Below the pieces are notes generated by a model. It saw only the letters and a program-made list of their open reading frames with translations, was not told the DNA's origin and made no database searches. A DNA stretch of 63,249 nt. Source: a virus. Taxonomy: Duplodnaviria; Caudoviricetes. A program made the position numbers and the translations under genes. This document shows positions 62,656-63,249 of this stretch, one piece after another (the stretch's first letter is position 1; the number at the start of each line of letters is the position of its first letter). Where the stretch lies: positions 1-63,249 of IMG/VR virus record IMGVR_UViG_3300032050_000128. The stretch is one strand, 5' to 3'.

Positions 62656-62838
62656 GTGAGAAAAATACACAGAGACATACCAGACGAGTACGCCCACCTG
62701 GCACCGTTAGAGCAAATGCGCGTGCTACGCTCGATACGTGCAGCACAGGCGCCGAGGAGCGGCAGAACTCCAGAGCAAATTGAAGCGGACAGACAAGCAA
62801 ATTTGCTTATTAGTCCGCCAGAAACAGAGTCACCATGA
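62656..62838 (+). CDS. hypothetical protein
   Basis: AAGGA RBS before GTG. Confidence 0.55.
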   Translation: MRKIHRDIPDEYAHLAPLEQMRVLRSIRAAQAPRSGRTPEQIEADRQANLLISPPETESP

Positions 62839-63249
62839 CTTACGCCCCCGGAAGCATTCCCTCATTTGACGAAGAAGTCTCGGACGACGCAAAGCGCCTA
62901 AAAATATTTTTAGAGAGAGTGCTTGACACAATCGTTGCCCAGTACGAGGCCTACAACATGCCAGTTCCAACGCGCAGGTACTGGACTATCGGGCTTCCGC
63001 CGGTAGACTGCGAGCAGCTCGTGGTCTCGTTCCAACAGATGTACTTAGGTGCACCGGGTGCGCAGGTCTCTTCACCGCAAAAATGCGAGGCTCCACGGAC
63101 GGCTACCTTCAGCGTCTCAGTGGCACGTCCAGTACCAAGTGGCGGACAAAATGGAGGTGCTCCCAGCACTGCTAGCCTAACAAAGGCAGCAACAGTGGCG
63201 GCGTACGACGCCTGGATTTTGATGGAGTCAGCCGCAGCGCTAGACCAGT
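62835..63249 (+). CDS. neck/tail-completion protein (runs off the window)
   Basis: ATGA overlap; MTYAPG...PVDCEQLVV...VSVARPVP; synteny after the adaptor. Confidence 0.65.
   Translation, partial: MTYAPGSIPSFDEEVSDDAKRLKIFLERVLDTIVAQYEAYNMPVPTRRYWTIGLPPVDCEQLVVSFQQMYLGAPGAQVSSPQKCEAPRTATFSVSVARPVPSGGQNGGAPSTASLTKAATVAAYDAWILMESAAALDQ

Noticed and set aside
1-63249. Stop-codon reassignment
   Set aside because: Conserved genes are full length in code 11, TAG/TGA/TAA all end genes at sensible places, and there is no suppressor tRNA.

Overview
Segment of a large lytic tailed phage of Actinobacteria. Indicators are WhiB, NrdH, DUF3039, actinophage-type portal, protease, capsid and tail genes, and an Ala/Thr-rich surface protein of a type I associate with freshwater acI hosts. 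Layout: 1-13.7 kb holds metabolic and auxiliary genes (FkbM methyltransferase, two glycosyltransferases, thioredoxin, SAM decarboxylase, WhiB, NrdH, class II RNR, tRNA-Gln) plus an AT-rich mirror-symmetric element. 13.9-16 kb is a very GC-rich patch with a holin-like gene and a small-terminase-like gene. 15.6-36 kb is an early/host-takeover region built from about 23 near-consensus sigmaA promoter cassettes (promoter, 5' hairpin, GACGAAAGGAC leader, small genes, terminator), with MoxR/vWA, HTH paralogues and two tRNAs. By my reading 18646-36620 has no GATC at all, and it ends in an AGCT-dense non-coding tract, which suggests a T5-like first-entering DNA segment. 39-63 kb is the head/tail module: portal, a 3135-aa multidomain protein (kinase-like, WYL-like, SH3-like and ART-like segments), prohead protease, capsid and major tail. 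Three head-region proteins share a [hydrophobic]-x-A-A motif followed by Q-x-R-D-x-x-G-x-F. No large terminase, integrase or CRISPR array was seen. All family calls come from motif recognition by eye, not from database searches.
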